A stretch of 64,000 nucleotides of DNA from Cenococcum geophilum (Eukaryota), in contig CP158636.1 in assembly GCA_050273025.1 (NCBI GenBank), positions 12,152,001 through 12,216,000 on the forward strand, read 5' to 3'. A program made the translations under genes and the position numbers. Below, one piece after another: positions 50,937 through 64,000 of this stretch; the first letter of the stretch is position 1, and the number at the start of each line of letters is the position of its first letter. Under the pieces are notes generated by a model that worked only from the letters and a program-made list of their open reading frames with translations, was not told where the DNA came from and did no database searches.

Positions 50937-52853
50937 TAATTAATATAGGCTTAAATATAGCCAGCTGCCTAGAACGGCTAGCGTTTATAGCTACTATTTA
51001 AAGTAAATAAGACTTAAGCGGCTAATTAGAACGGGCTTAATATGGCTAGTAGTTATATACTACTATTATAGCTTTTAGGGTTAGTAATAAGGCTATACTT
51101 TAATTTTAAATAGCCGCTAATATAATTAGTGCCGTTAATTATAAGTAGAGCACTTAGTTTTTAAGCTAGGTAGTAGATTTTATATAGCTAGAGCCTCTTC
51201 TTACCTAAAGGACTATCCTAAAATAGGTCGGCTCTATATTTCTAAATTACTAATATAGAGATATTGCTTAATAGCGACCGCTTATTAATAACTTAGTATC
51301 TATATTTACTAATAAGCTTGCTATATTTTATTAGGTAGAGGCTATTTTAGTTAATAGGGAAGATATAGCTATAGTTCTAATTAACTAAGGGAGGCTGTTA
51401 TAATATAGAATTATTTTAATCGCCTAATTTGGTATTATCGTTAATTAGGAAAAGTAAAAAAGTTGTTAATTTATAAAACCTATACGGCGTTAAGGGGCTT
51501 AATTAATATATAGATTACGGAGTTAATAAGGAAGAGGTAGAGGAAGAAGCTCTATACCCTAATTAGCGCGAAAAATATAAGGTGCGTTATATCTAGATAT
51601 GGTAATAAAAAAGATATTAATATTTAGGAGGCGGAATGAGTTTATATGCGTAATAGAGAAATTAGAGAAATTATTTTATTTACTATAGATAAGCAAGAGT
51701 TTCCTAGGGGTTTTCTATTACTTAGTTAACCAAATATATAAGCTTTATAGTGTGTAGGTATTAAATAAGCAACTTAATTATAAAGCTATAGAAATTAAGA
51801 GGTATATATATATATAAAATAGTATAGGTAATAAGATAAAATGGGAACGGTAATCTGTAAGCAATATTAATCTGCGATTAATATATAGGGTGGCGTTGAC
51901 GCTATCTTAGATCCTTCCAAGCGGTGATCTTGTGTCTTAGCACAGTGTTAGTAGTCGGTTACAGAATATTAGCCAAATATCCTTAACCTTCACTAAAGCT
52001 TTAAAACACTATAAAATCTTCCTACCCTTACCACTAAGGCAGCGAGCTTTCAGCGCGCTATAGAATCTATACTAACTGACTGTTGACTGACTGTGACTAC
52101 CCTATACGCTGACTGACTGCTTACATTATCAGCTTCTTGGCAGCTACGCTGCCAGCGTCGCTGACTGTTGGACACACTGGCCTACTTCCATTACCCCGGC
52201 AATAGGGATGCATTCCGAATTTCGCCCACCCGCTTCTCAATATCAAGTCTACAACGATCTAGGAGTTTTCGGCCTCCTAACGCAAGGACCCTCTAGCTTA
52301 GGACAGCACCTCACGAGAGCATGCCATATGCATACATAGCTTCTGTTGCTTGACATTTATATTTTGCGAATTCCCCGCCATCATTACCAAGTCTCTAGTC
52401 AGATAGAGGTTAGATTATTGATCATGGCAACTAAAGCCATCCACTACGTGTCAAGAATCAATATACATCACGATGCCAAGAAGCATCCTGAAACGGGAGC
52501 TAGAGAAAAAAGTTCCTTCCAATCGGACACGAGCGTTCCAGCCGCAATGGCTTCGGGCGATCCCTTTACGGGGCTACGCGTAGATTATTCGCCCTTAGAT
52601 TCGGAGGAGGCTTGGCGATGTTTCTCCACTGTCTCTCCGCCAGCCGTTGCCAAGATGTAGTTTATTACTTCGGAGGAATCATTTCGTGGACTCATGTCAA
52701 GGGCCGGAGATCCCTTAACGATTACGGGTGAGGTGATTGCATAAAGGAGCAGTTTGTCTCGAAGTGTAGACTATGGCCTGTATCTGTCCGCTTTCTGCCT
52801 AAAAATATGGTTGATTAAGAATAAAATTATTCTGCGAAGAATCATCATTCATC

Positions 52854-53862
52854 ATGTACGCAAGAGCTGCTCTTACAGCATACTTTGCGGCTCTAGCGGC
52901 TGCTGCAACGACGAACACGAATCTCCAGACCACTTTCCCGGCTTCCTCTGGAACTACCAACCTTGCTGCTGTCAAGACAATCGCCGCTTGTGCTACCTTT
53001 GACGGAGGGAGAAGCAATGGGATCGCAGCCATAAGTGTTTCCTCAAGACTATAACCGATAATTTGACTGACGGTGCGTGATTCCTACTACAAGTACATGC
53101 AATGAGCAAGCTGAAGGTGACAACTCGGACGTCGTCTTCCTCCTTCAAGATGGCGTTATGCTATCTAACGTCATCACTGGTCCTAGTAATGGCGAAGGTG
53201 AGTCGAAGTCTCTAACTTCATTAAAATATCGAATAAACACGTTGATGAATTGTAAATGTGCATTGTCTGCACTTGCACGCTCAACAACGTCTAGTAGACC
53301 GATGTCTGAAGATACCGCTACCTTCAAGCAGACGTCTGGCACGTCGTATGTCAACGGTGGCGGAGCCAGGAATGCGGATGATAAGGTGCTTCAGCGTAAT
53401 GGTGGTGGAACTGTTGCTGTTCAGAACTTTTTGTAAGTTATATTGAGAACAGTGAAGGTTCACGGAGCACGAGGAACGAGAATGCTGACAGGAAAATTGA
53501 TGGGCCCAAGACGTAGGCAAGTTGTACAGAAGCTGCGGCGATTGCGACACTCAGTATGCGCGGAAGCCCACGTTCAGCAATATCCGTGTCGATAGAGCGT
53601 CTGTTGCGGTGGGTGTTAATGGAAACGAGGGTGGTATGTTACGACGCTCCCTAGAAGAATGACTCGGCATGTTTTCGAAATGATGCCAATGCTGTGCTCC
53701 GATTCTACAGACACTACCACAATCTCCAATTCTTGCATCCTTGGTAGTGCCATATGCTGGCTTTACGAGGGCAACGACGATGGTGACGAGCCAACAAAGA
53801 CAGCGAGCGCTCCAGATGGCAAGGTTTGCGCGACCAGCTCTGTTAAGGCAAGCGGGTGCTAG
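52854..53862 (+). pseudogene. Pectate lyase (polysaccharide lyase family 3) pseudogene
   Basis: Signal peptide, TFDGG, DVVFLLQDG..LSNVI.G, GGGARNADDKVLQ.NGGGTV and GKLYRSCG motifs are present. Lesions: frameshift ~53010, intron donor ATAAGT (53031), acceptor TAA (~53253), TGGTGG>TAGTAG (53292-53297) and further small deletions. Confidence 0.88.
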
Positions 53863-55170
53863 ATGTGATTGCGTTGCTTTCCCGTGTTAACGTTTTGTAT
53901 GTCTCTCGCTGTATGTCCCTTCCGCTAGTGTATTTCGTCTTACTGTTATCAATAAGAGCTAGCCAATAGAATCAATAGGACCAAGGCTCCGTGATCATAC
54001 GCGTACTTTTGATTCTGGTGTTCGCGCACGGTCCGCCTCTCGTAGGACACCACCAGCGGAAGGGATATTGCGTATTCTTTACCTCCATAGATGAACTCTG
54101 ACTGCTGTAGAAGTGTCTGTGGTTGACTCCGACCCCTGGCCATAGTCTTCTGTTTGGGAGAACCTGCCAGCTTTTGAGTTCGCCTGGTTCACCCGTTCAA
54201 CCTCGGGTCCGTTTGGATTCGGAGTTGTCCGCGGCCGAGATGGTATAAGAAACAATCCCCAGGCCATTCCCGGTGGGATTTGACCCAGGTGCCAGAATGG
54301 AGTTTGCGGCGGCTTTGCATTGCCTGGGATTATATCATCATCCAAGTTCTAGTGAAGTGCAGAGCTGAGCGTATCGTGGGTTTTATTTTGAAATCCATGG
54401 TTCGCGCAGTCGTTTTAGATTTGGCGGAGTAATGTGTGCAAGTGCTCCATGCAATGTGAGAATAGATAACTCATATTTGTAGGGACAGAACTTGTAGTTC
54501 AAATGGGGTTCGACTGATTATAACTGATGATGACTACCCTTGTCAAGATAGTATTCAGACATTACAGACCCGGTGTGTTACTAGCGCCGTCGCCGGCAAA
54601 GCCTCATGCTGCAAGATCCAATTGCGGCACTGGTTATACCTCTTACGTCCATATGGCGGAGCTTATTTCGATCCATTGAAGTCTCATGTCCCCGTGGCAA
54701 GGGATAGGAGTACGTAAGCAGAAGCACCAGCCATCACGAGAACGGGTCATGAGGTCCGCTAGCCGAAAGCAAGCCTTGAAGTGCCTCTGAGAGAAGAAAG
54801 AGATTGGGCAGCTGGTTAGGCTTTCAGAGACATGCAGCTTGTTCGATGCGTCTCGGAACAGTCGGTGAGGTTGTTATCAATGAAATCGCCGTTGCGGCAT
54901 TTCTGGGGTTCGCATTAATTATGGGCGGCCAATGGCGGGGCTGGCTAACTTCAGAAATGTAACGCTTGCCAAGTCTCGATCCGCTAAGCCGTCTTCGGGA
55001 CCATCAGTCAGGATCATGAGGGCGCTGATGATGCTGAGCTTTGCAGCTCAGCGAGTGACTCTCCTCCCGTCTTTCCCTCCCAGCATACCTCAGCCATTGC
55101 GTGCTGAATGTTATTTCTTTTCCCTTTCCTACCTTTTTAATGGTCTTCTTCCTGTGTTGCTAGCTTCAAC

Positions 55171-58100
55171 ATGCTGCGCATCACTCTTCGAAAATGTAGC
55201 AGCCGTCTTGCCGCCGGTAGCTGTGGCGCCCGGTCGAGCTTCTTTACTCTTTCGAACGCATCGTCAAATGCATTGCTTGCCTCAAAATGCAGAGCTCTTG
55301 CTCTTGCGCCTCGGTTCCAGCAGCGGAGAAGCTATGCTCTTGCCGCTGAAGAAACGGACAAGGGAGTGGTATAGCCTCCTTTTGCGCAGTGGCAAGGCTT
55401 TTCGAACGATTAACGAAAGGCTAACGTCTTTTTACAGGACCCCAACGACTCCTTCCTCCAGGGTAATACCGCAAACTATGTTGACGAGATGTACATGCAA
55501 TGGAAACGCGACCCCGCGAGTGTCCACGTCTCGTGGCAGATTTACTTCCGCAACATGGAACAAGGCGATATGCCAGTCTCCCAGGCCTTCCAACCTCCTC
55601 CTACAATCATCCCTGCACCACATGGCGGGATGGGCCCTAGTTTGACTCCGGGATTGGGAATGGTCCCTGGCAAAGGATCTGATGTGATGAACCACTTGAA
55701 AGTCCAGTTGCTTGTGCGCGCATACCAAGCTCGAGGACATCACAAGGCGAAGATCGATCCATTGGGAATTCGTACGGAAGCAGAACAGTTTGGATACAGC
55801 AAACCACGGGAATTGGAGCTTTCCCACTACCAGTTCACGGAGAAAGATCTTGATCAGGAATTCACCCTAGGACCCGGTATTCTGCCACGCTTCAAGAGCG
55901 AAACACGCGAGAAAATGACATTGAGGGAAATCATTGCTGCATGCGAACGTTTATACTGCGGCTCGTACGGTATCGAATATATTCACATTCCAGACAGAGA
56001 GCAGTGCGATTGGCTTCGTGAGCGCATTGAGATCCCTCAGCCCTACAGATACTCGGTAGACGAGAAGCGTCGGATCCTTGATCGTTTAATATGGGGGACT
56101 AGCTTTGAAGCTTTCCTGGCTACGAAATATCCCAATGACAAGCGTTTCGGTCTAGAAGGCGGCGAGAGCTTGATTCCTGGCATGAAGGCTCTCATTGACC
56201 GAAGCGTGGACTATGGTGTTAAAGATATAGTTATCGGCATGCCCCATCGTGGCCGTCTCAACGTGCTCAGTAACGTCGTTCGAAAGCCAAACGAGTCTAT
56301 TTTTAGCGAATTCGCGGGGACCGCCGATCCCTCGGATGAGGGGTCCGGTGATGTGAAGTATCATTTGGGTATGAACTTCGAGCGTCCCACGCCCTCCGGG
56401 AAGCGTGTCCAGCTTTCTCTCGTCGCCAATCCTTCGCATTTAGAAGCCGAGGACCCGGTTGTGTTAGGCAAAACTAGAGCTATTCTCCATTACAACAATG
56501 ACGAAAAGGAAGCAAGGACTGCAATGGGTGTTCTTCTTCACGGTGATGCTGCGTTTGCTGGCCAGGGCGTTGTCTACGAGACTATGGGTTTCTATTCGCT
56601 ACCGTCATATCATACTGGAGGCACCATCCACATTGTTGTTAATAACCAGATCGGTTTTACTACTGACCCTCGCTTTGCACGTTCGACACCTTATTGCTCA
56701 GACATTGCAAAGGCCATCGATGCTCCAGTTTTCCATGTCAACGGTGATGACGTAGAGGCATTCAACTTCGTCTGCCAACTTGCAGCTGATTATCGAGCGG
56801 AATTCAAGAAAGATGTAGTCATCGACATGGTGTGCTACCGGAAACAAGGCCATAACGAGACTGATCAGCCATTTTTCACTCAGCCGCTCATGTATAAGAA
56901 AATTGCCGAACATCCACCAGCTCTGGATAAGTATATTGACCAGCTCTTGAAAGAAAAGACTTTTACTAAGGAAGACATCGAAGAGCATAAGTCTTGGGTA
57001 TGGGGCATGCTTGAGGAAAGTTTCACTCGCAGCAGAGACTACCAACCAACAGCCAAAGAATGGCTGACTTCCGCATGGAACGGATTTAAATCACCGAAGG
57101 AACTTGCAACTGAGGTCCTGCCGCATCTTCCAACCGCAGTTGAAGCAGACACCTTGAAGCACATTGCCGAAAAAATTGGCAACCCACCGGAAGACTTCAA
57201 TGTTCACCGAAACCTCAAACGTATCCTTGCCGGCCGAACAAAAACCGTCACAGAAGGTAAGAATATCGACATGTCAACGGCGGAAGCTTTGGCTTTCGGC
57301 ACGCTGGCTATGGACGGCCACCACGTCAGGGTTTCTGGTCAAGATGTAGAACGTGGTACTTTCTCCCAGCGTCATGCCGTCCTGCATGATCAAGAAAATG
57401 AAAAAACCTACACGCCTCTACAACACCTAAGCCCTGATCAAGCGACTTTCGTTATTGCAAACTCATCTCTTAGCGAGTTTGGAGTGTGAGTATCAGAGCT
57501 AGGTTGAAACACATCCCATAGCTAACACACTATAGTCTCGGGTTTGAATATGGCTACTCACTATCATCACCAAACGCTTTGGTAATGTGGGAAGCACAGT
57601 TCGGTGACTTTGCCAACAACGCACAATGTATCATTGATCAATTTGTCGCATCTGGTGAGGTCAAGTGGCTGCAACGTACTGGACTGGTTATGAGCCTGCC
57701 GCATGGGTACGACGGCCAAGGCCCAGAACACTCCTCAGGAAGGATGGAACGATACCTGCAGTTGTGTAACGAGGACCCAAGAATATTCCCATCGCCCGAA
57801 AAACTTGATCGCCAGCACCAGGACTGCAACATGCAAATCGCCAATCTAACCAAACCGTCCAATCTGTTCCACATCCTCAGACGTCAAATGAACAGGCAAT
57901 TTAGGAAACGTAAGTTGTCTCTATTGTTCGGCTGCCATTTAGGCTTATTCTAACACGCCTCACAGCTCTTATCCTCTTCTTCTCTAAGAGTCTGTTAAGG
58001 CATCCAATGGCACGTTCCGACATTAAAGAATTCACGGGTGAATCCCACTTCCAATGGTTGATACCTGATCCTGGCCATGAGACCGGCGAGATCGAGTCTC

Positions 58101-58507
58101 CGGAGAATATCTCCAGAGTCATCCTCTGCACTGGCCAAGTTTATGCCGCTCTTCACAAACACCGTGCCACCAAGGAGCTGAAAGACGTGGCAATTACACG
58201 TGTCGAGCAACTCCACCCATTCCCCTGGCAGCAACTGAGAGAGAACCTCGACTCGTACCCGAACGCACAGAACATTATCTGGTGCCAAGAAGAGCCCCTA
58301 AATGCTGGCGCATGGAGTTTCACCCAGCCACGCATTGAGACACTGCTGAACGAGACTGAGCACCATAACCGCCGCCATGTGATGTATGCAGGCCGTAATC
58401 CAAGCGCGAGTGTGGCAACGGGTTTAAAGAGCGCTCACCAGAAAGAAGAGAAGGATCTGCTTGAGATGGCGTTTACCGTCAAGCAGGACAAGCTGAAGGG
58501 AGAGTAA
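55171..58507 (+). CDS. KGD1: Mitochondrial 2-oxoglutarate dehydrogenase E1 component (~1053 aa)
   Basis: Exons 55171-55368, 55438-57485, 57536-57909 and 57966-58507. Arg/Ser-rich presequence. Motifs [53 protein letters not shown]. Confidence 0.97.
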
Positions 58508-59042
58508 ATGACTGGAATGGACTTGGGTGTGCCTTAGTGAAGAAAAAATGCCTTTCTGTGTCAAAACTTAGAGCTGTTGGGCTAGTGGAGGTCCTTCTTT
58601 GCATTTGTACTTTACGTGCGCTGTAGTTTTATATTTTAGATTTATGACTACCATACTGTAGCTCTTTTTCCTAAGAAGTGGCGGATGATTGACTTAGAGT
58701 CTGGCAGCTGCAGCGGGCGGAGCTGACAAAACAAGATTGTCACCAGCATAGCGTGTGATTGTATTTACGCGGAAGCCTCACTTTTATCGACTTTTAAAGA
58801 CAAGATTTCGCGATCAACGAACCCATTCCATCCATTTGGACCAAATATCTTATCTCAACCTATTTCCAAGCTCTCATTACTTAGAGGTTGGTGATCAAGC
58901 GATAGGTTCACAAGACTCCGCTCCGCCTAGCGCCGAGCCTCTTGATTCCCCAACCAATAACGGCGCGTCTACGTATTTCGCTCAACGCGCCTCAGCCCCA
59001 GGCCAGGCCCATCCCTCCAAGTTACATCTCTCCTGGTTGAGG

Positions 59043-61080
59043 ATGTCAGAAGCCTCTACTTCTTACAAGAAGCAAGATGGTAAACTCTCGGTGGCTAAGG
59101 ACGGGAAAACCGTGTCTTGGAAACCAGCTGCACCATCAACTCCGCCGCTGACAATAGCGGTTTCTGAGATCACAAGTACGACCCTGCTCACCTCTACAGG
59201 CCAGCCCGAATGGGCTTCATAAACATTCTTATATGTAAATTAGCTAATCCGTTTCTGCCGTAGATCTCCAGCAAACTCCCGAAAAGAGTGCTAAAGTTTC
59301 CATCAAAATCGTCGTTCAGCGACCCTCCACAGCTGCCGCTGAGAACCACACCTTCACATTCACATCAACTACTTCTGCTCGAACTGAACAATCTACTATA
59401 ACAGGCTTGCTTCGAAAAGCAATCGAGGCAGCTAGGGCTCAGAATGGAAACACGCCTGCTCCTGCAGACGATGGGGGTGGCCAATCGGCTGCCATGGCAA
59501 TAGCCCAAGCAGTCTCCGCAGGCGCCAGAGCTGAAGATAGCATGTTCGATGATGCCCGATTAATGTCAAATACGGAACTCCAAAAATCACTCCTCAATGC
59601 AAACCCTGCTCTTAGGCAGAGGTTTGATCAAGCCCTCCGCGAGAAGCCAGAAACAATCACAATCTCACAATTTTCAACACAATTCTGGGCATCAAGGGTG
59701 CATTTATTACGAGCACACGCGGTCGAGAAGAGCCAGAGCCAGGGAACATACAACGTCCTCTCGGAGGTTAAGCCAAAAAATGTTGACGGCACCACAAGAC
59801 TCAACCTAAGCAAAGAACAGATCCAGCTCATATTCAATCAGCACCCGTTGGTTAAGCGAGTCTATAACGAGAATGTCCCTCAACTAAGTGAGATGGAGTT
59901 CTGGTCTCGATTCTTTGTCTGCCGCCTCTTTAAGAAATTGAAAGGAGAGAAAATCACCGAGACAGACGCTACTGACCCTAAACTCGATCGCTATCTAAAA
60001 TTTGATGAGGAGGCTGACCGGACCCGGCAATTGATCATGGCTCATGTGCCCCATTTCATCGACCTTGAAGGCAATGAACAGAATCACAGTCAGCGCCTGG
60101 GCAACAGACCCGACTGGACCATGCAGCCAAACTCTCACGAAAAAGTGCCCATCTTGCGAGTGCTCAATAGCATGAGTGAGAAGATGTTGGCTGATGTCAC
60201 CCCCAATGGCGTCGGTCCACATGCACCTTCTGGGATGGACGAAGACACTTACAAGGAACTACAACTGCGAGATCTTCAGCGGCATGCCGATGATAATCGA
60301 GTTATGTTGAAAATCAAAGACCAGGGACGCTTTTTCTCGGGACAAAGCGGAACTGTTTCAAGTAGTGCCTCGCTGTACACTAAACATACGCCTGGTCAAG
60401 TGCTGTCTAAACTCCAGAATGACTTGGAGTCCATTTCAAACGAGCAAAATCCCTCGGGAAGTTTGAATCTCGAGAGCGCAATCGGTGTTCAAGAAGACAG
60501 CGATAGCGAGGAAGATAATGACGGTCCCAAAAAGAAGCGGCGTGTTGGGGGCAAGGCTAGTCGGAACGCAGCCACAACGCAGATTATGGGAGCTATCAGA
60601 CAACGCCACTTGTACACGGATGATTGCTCAACATCAAACTCTACTCCCGCCATGCAAGCATCCAAATTCGGCCTTGCAAGTGGTGTGTTCGACTCACTTG
60701 CCATGACCCACAATACCACGGTCGAATTCCTACACTACTTCTGGACTGTATTCCTCTCGGGTGATCCTGATCGTGCGGTTGAGGTTCAGAAATTAGTGGA
60801 GACATTAGACAAGTCTCTCGATAGGATCGCGGCTGTGGCCGGGAGCGCTGAGAAGGAGCGGGTTGTTAGAGTAGAAAAGGCAAAGAAGCAAGTAGAGGAC
60901 TACATTCAGCGGACGGGGAAGAGGAGGAAATTTGACACCAACAGTATCAAGGGCGGTGCCAAAGCCGTCAATAACATGACGGTGCCGATTGTCAGGGCAA
61001 TCAAGGCGGCCACGGATCAGTACAGACGCGCATATGAAACACAAATGGCCCAGATAGCCCAGCTCCAGACCATGCAATAA
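59043..61080 (+). CDS. TFB1: TFIIH subunit Tfb1/p62 (RNA polymerase II transcription factor B subunit 1), ~649 aa
   Basis: Exons 59043-59175 and 59264-61080. N-terminal PH-like YKKQDGKL...NLQQTP region, BSD-type segments (SQFSTQFWASR, LSEMEFWSRFF), IDLEGNEQN and EFLHYFW. Confidence 0.9.
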
Positions 61081-61449
61081 AATATGGAATTATCTCCAAG
61101 CGTCTAAATCTTGTATTGCTGATGGACGGCGGGACTAGTGGGTAGGACAAGTTATGCAGTCGATCGTGGACAAATTCTTAGACAATGAGCAAAATAATCA
61201 TAGTATGCACAAGAGCTTCACGACCCTAGCGCTTGGCTGCAGCAGTGGACGGTCAGAGGGGTAGCGTTGATGATATAGGCTACCTTTGGTGCGCAATACT
61301 TTAGGGCTTGTATGGACATGGCGCGTCGTGATGTTGAAATAGCGGAGGGATATGTACGTGCTTCTTTGGGAAGTTTCCCTGCGCTGAATGACGCGAGCGG
61401 CGCAAAGGAGCGCCAACCTCATTTAGTTGTGGCCTCGCACATGCACAAC

Positions 61450-61780
61450 CCACTAACTTAAGATAGGTTTATAACTTTACTTAGGCTATAATAACTTATC
61501 TTAAAAGCTTAAAACTTCTATATAAATAATATTAGTAATAAAATATATTACAGCTATTTTTTTAATACTTTGTTAGAAGGCTTTACGGCTAAAGAGTTGT
61601 CTTCTGGATGTGACATGGTTTTACGAGGCCACGACCAAACGAGGTGGAATACAATGCTTGGCAAGGCGGCGGTTCAGTTATACTGGAGACGGCGGAGTTT
61701 ACAAGATAGAGGTTGGGGACAAAGAGCAAAAGTGTTTTGGACTTGGCTGGCTCTGAGGCAGGGTTTCTTGAAGCAGTAGA
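61450..61780 (+). mobile_element. Short transposase relic, possibly hAT
   Basis: Local AT-rich RIP-like patch followed by DQTRWNTML, which resembles the hAT D..TRWNS motif. Confidence 0.4.
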
Positions 61781-62743
61781 CGCAGAGATTGTTGCATATT
61801 GCTGCAGATCGTCTCGCTACGCCGAGATCAGCAATACCATCAAAAAAATGGGCTGACCCAGATGGAAGGATGCATCGAAACTGCGAAGTATACCTTCGCA
61901 TCGGCTCCTATCTACGTCGATGGACAAGCCCGGCGAGCTTTATGGGCTAGGGTGACACCATGCGCGTGGACCAAAGCAGCACGAATAAAGCCCAAAGAAT
62001 CCCCATGGTAAATAGACGGTAGTTAAGCCTGCGTATCCGCTCTTCCAACACGGCAATCACCACCTCTCATAGATCTCTGCCCACCTGAATCCCCTTCCCC
62101 ACCAGCATCGAAATGTGCCAATGCGTGCAAATAACTCAATAATTCAATAATTCACCCCCGCCAACATCGACTCTCGAACCCGCCGAGTTGTCATGAACGG
62201 GGATCCGCTCACGCGTACCACTCACTTACCCTGCCAGCTCTCCCTATCCACAGCTAGGCCACCCACCCGGCCATACTAATGCTCCGCCCGCCTCAAGGAA
62301 GCTAGAGATGGCATCTATAGCACTTTGGCTTACGCATCTCCATACGTCACTCAACACCGCACCACTGCCGCAGCTGGACGCACCAGAAATAAGAACGGGA
62401 GTTAAGACTTCTCACCCCGCTTAGATTAAGATACACAAGAATAACCAACATATCCCTCACCGACTCCATGCCCAAACCAATAAACAACCATGTCATAGAT
62501 TCATGAGACCAGAGTTCGAGAAGAACAACAAGGAATTGCGACGATGTAGCATCTTACTGGGAGCATCCAGCAGTTTCATCGTCCAGCGAAGGCTACTGCT
62601 AGTTGTTCCGCAAAAGCTTCCAGTGTAAAATGCCTACGTCCTACTTCCTGCAATTTCTCTGTCCTTCTTTTCCTTTGCTCTCTGTCTCTCCCTCTCTTTG
62701 TTGTGATACTATGGCTGACAAAGCCAGGTTTTACCAGCTTTGG

Positions 62744-63387
62744 TCAGGAGTGCCTAACAGGGTCCCAGAAGCCGCTGCTTGACCGCTGGTCCCCACCACC
62801 TGCTTTGTTGTTAATTCCTATTATTCCTAGAACGAAGCCAGCTACTCATCATAAAGACGCCCCGAGTACCAAAAGCAACTCACTTGCAGGGCCACCTGGA
62901 ACATATCCGTCATGGTAACTGCCGGTAGCAGCGCCATTACTCCGCGCTTTGTTTCGATTGTCTCTATAGCGGAAGACATGCCACAGGCACCACTGGACCA
63001 CCCAATTCTCTTCATTGGGTCCACTCCGATAGGACCCATAGTCGTAGTAGGCTTTTGTTATTGGGCTAGCACTCCGGTATATGTTTAGGATCTCTCTATG
63101 TCTAGCCGTCTCTGACAGATTATCCCACGAGTATGGTGGCTGAATAGCTGGGTTTAATCTGCACTGCTCAACGAGATTATCGCGGCTAAGGCTAAGGCGG
63201 TCTCTACCAGCGGACGCTTCTTCCTGGAAAAAATTACACCAGGATCAGCAGCTTTTCACGACTATCTGCACGCACATACCCTCATTTTATTGTAAATCGC
63301 CTTGTGGTTGGGATTCTGCTCAGACAGGGCCAGTCTTTCAAAGAGCCTCTCCTTAGGAGCACTCATGGGCAGCCCAGCACCTGTCAT
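62744..63387 (-). CDS. Fungal hypothetical protein; 5' end uncertain, may extend further upstream
   Basis: Exon ending 63280, GTATGT...CAG intron 63279-63224, long open exon with PPYSWDNLSET...ENWVVQWCLWHVFRYRD, second GTGAGT intron from 62883, last exon ending FWDPVRHS-TGA (62744). Confidence 0.7.
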
Positions 63388-64000
63388 TCTCGTACGATAT
63401 GGTCGTTCTTCGAGGACCCTGATGCGGACGTGGGCTGATGGGACAGACGGTTGTAATCTTTTTAGCACGCCTGCCAGCCAAGAACGTCACCAATTCTTAT
63501 AGGCAGCCTCAAACAGACGACGAGTAGACGAGGCGGCCGCTTGTCCCCAATCATGTGACTAAAAGGCCTACCCTCCCGCCCTACCGCCCCTCTGGAGAGG
63601 TTTACTCGCATGTGGGGGACATCCTAAGTGGTCGGATGTTCTGCGGGAACACCCACCGGCCGGGATATCATGCCAGCCATCACAGTTATGGATGTGATGC
63701 AGAACCAGTGTCCGATGATCTCCCTCCCGGAAGAGCTAGATGGCCTTTGACACAACCAGTCCTCGTAGGGAGTGGGCACAACTGCTCGGCTTTCGCCGAT
63801 CTATAATGTGGTCTGATGACAGTTCCGCTGGCCGCACACATCACGGCGGCTTCATGCAGTGACGACAGCGACGGTGAATACTATCATTTGCCATCAGGGC
63901 GCATCTGTACCCAATAAACCGGGCAGCTTCTATCGCTAGGAAGAGGATCAGCCACTACCGCTTGGTTCAGTTGCTGGCAACAGATCGCCAGGTCTATCCG

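Larger units (their letters stand above)
24501..52179 (-). mobile_element. hAT-family DNA transposon ends bracketing 27.7 kb of nested insertions; transposase RIP-degraded
   Basis: Perfect 19-bp TIR CAGTGTGTCCAACAGTCAG at 24501-24519 and 52161-52179, with CTGA-rich subterminal repeats. hAT dimerisation-domain relic (PNPLTWWL...YPTLAKIAL-like, ~25160-25230, minus). No 8-bp TSD. Confidence 0.75.

Noticed and set aside
53949..54345. Two short overlapping minus-strand ORFs between the pectate lyase and KGD1
   Set aside because: No recognisable domain or convincing splice model; could be a gene remnant but unsupported.
54932..55645. 237-aa ORF overlapping the KGD1 start, and other alternative-frame or antisense ORFs within KGD1/TFB1
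   Set aside because: Shadow frames of well-supported spliced genes.

Overview
Filamentous ascomycete (probably Pezizomycotina) genomic DNA. About 1-52.2 kb is an AT-rich transposon block degraded by RIP (repeat-induced point mutation): TpA excess, pervasive TGG>TAG and CAA>TAA changes. It resolves into nested Copia, Gypsy/chromovirus, hAT, Tc1, TRIM, MITE and non-coding SINE-like elements, most with exact LTRs/TIRs and target-site duplications (TSDs). Inside it is a small non-RIP'd island (~19.2-24.5 kb) with two divergent genes. One is an intact 4-exon DUF3328/UstYa-family oxidase with two HxxHC motifs. The other, missed by the ORF track, is a spliced 43-aa secreted Tyr-rich peptide gene (MKVLSFVMAVFAMALAVNA-APAP-GYSYYFDDYVNAEENSAANE). 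Together they look like a minimal, single-core, Kex2-independent dikaritin-type fungal RiPP system; this is the top finding. A second notable signal is a family of ~1.0-1.2 kb non-coding retroposons whose 5' head and 3' end show compensatory base-pair changes. After 52.2 kb the DNA is gene-dense: a pseudogenised PL3 pectate lyase, KGD1, TFB1 and a hypothetical protein. Coordinates were read by eye and no database searches were run.
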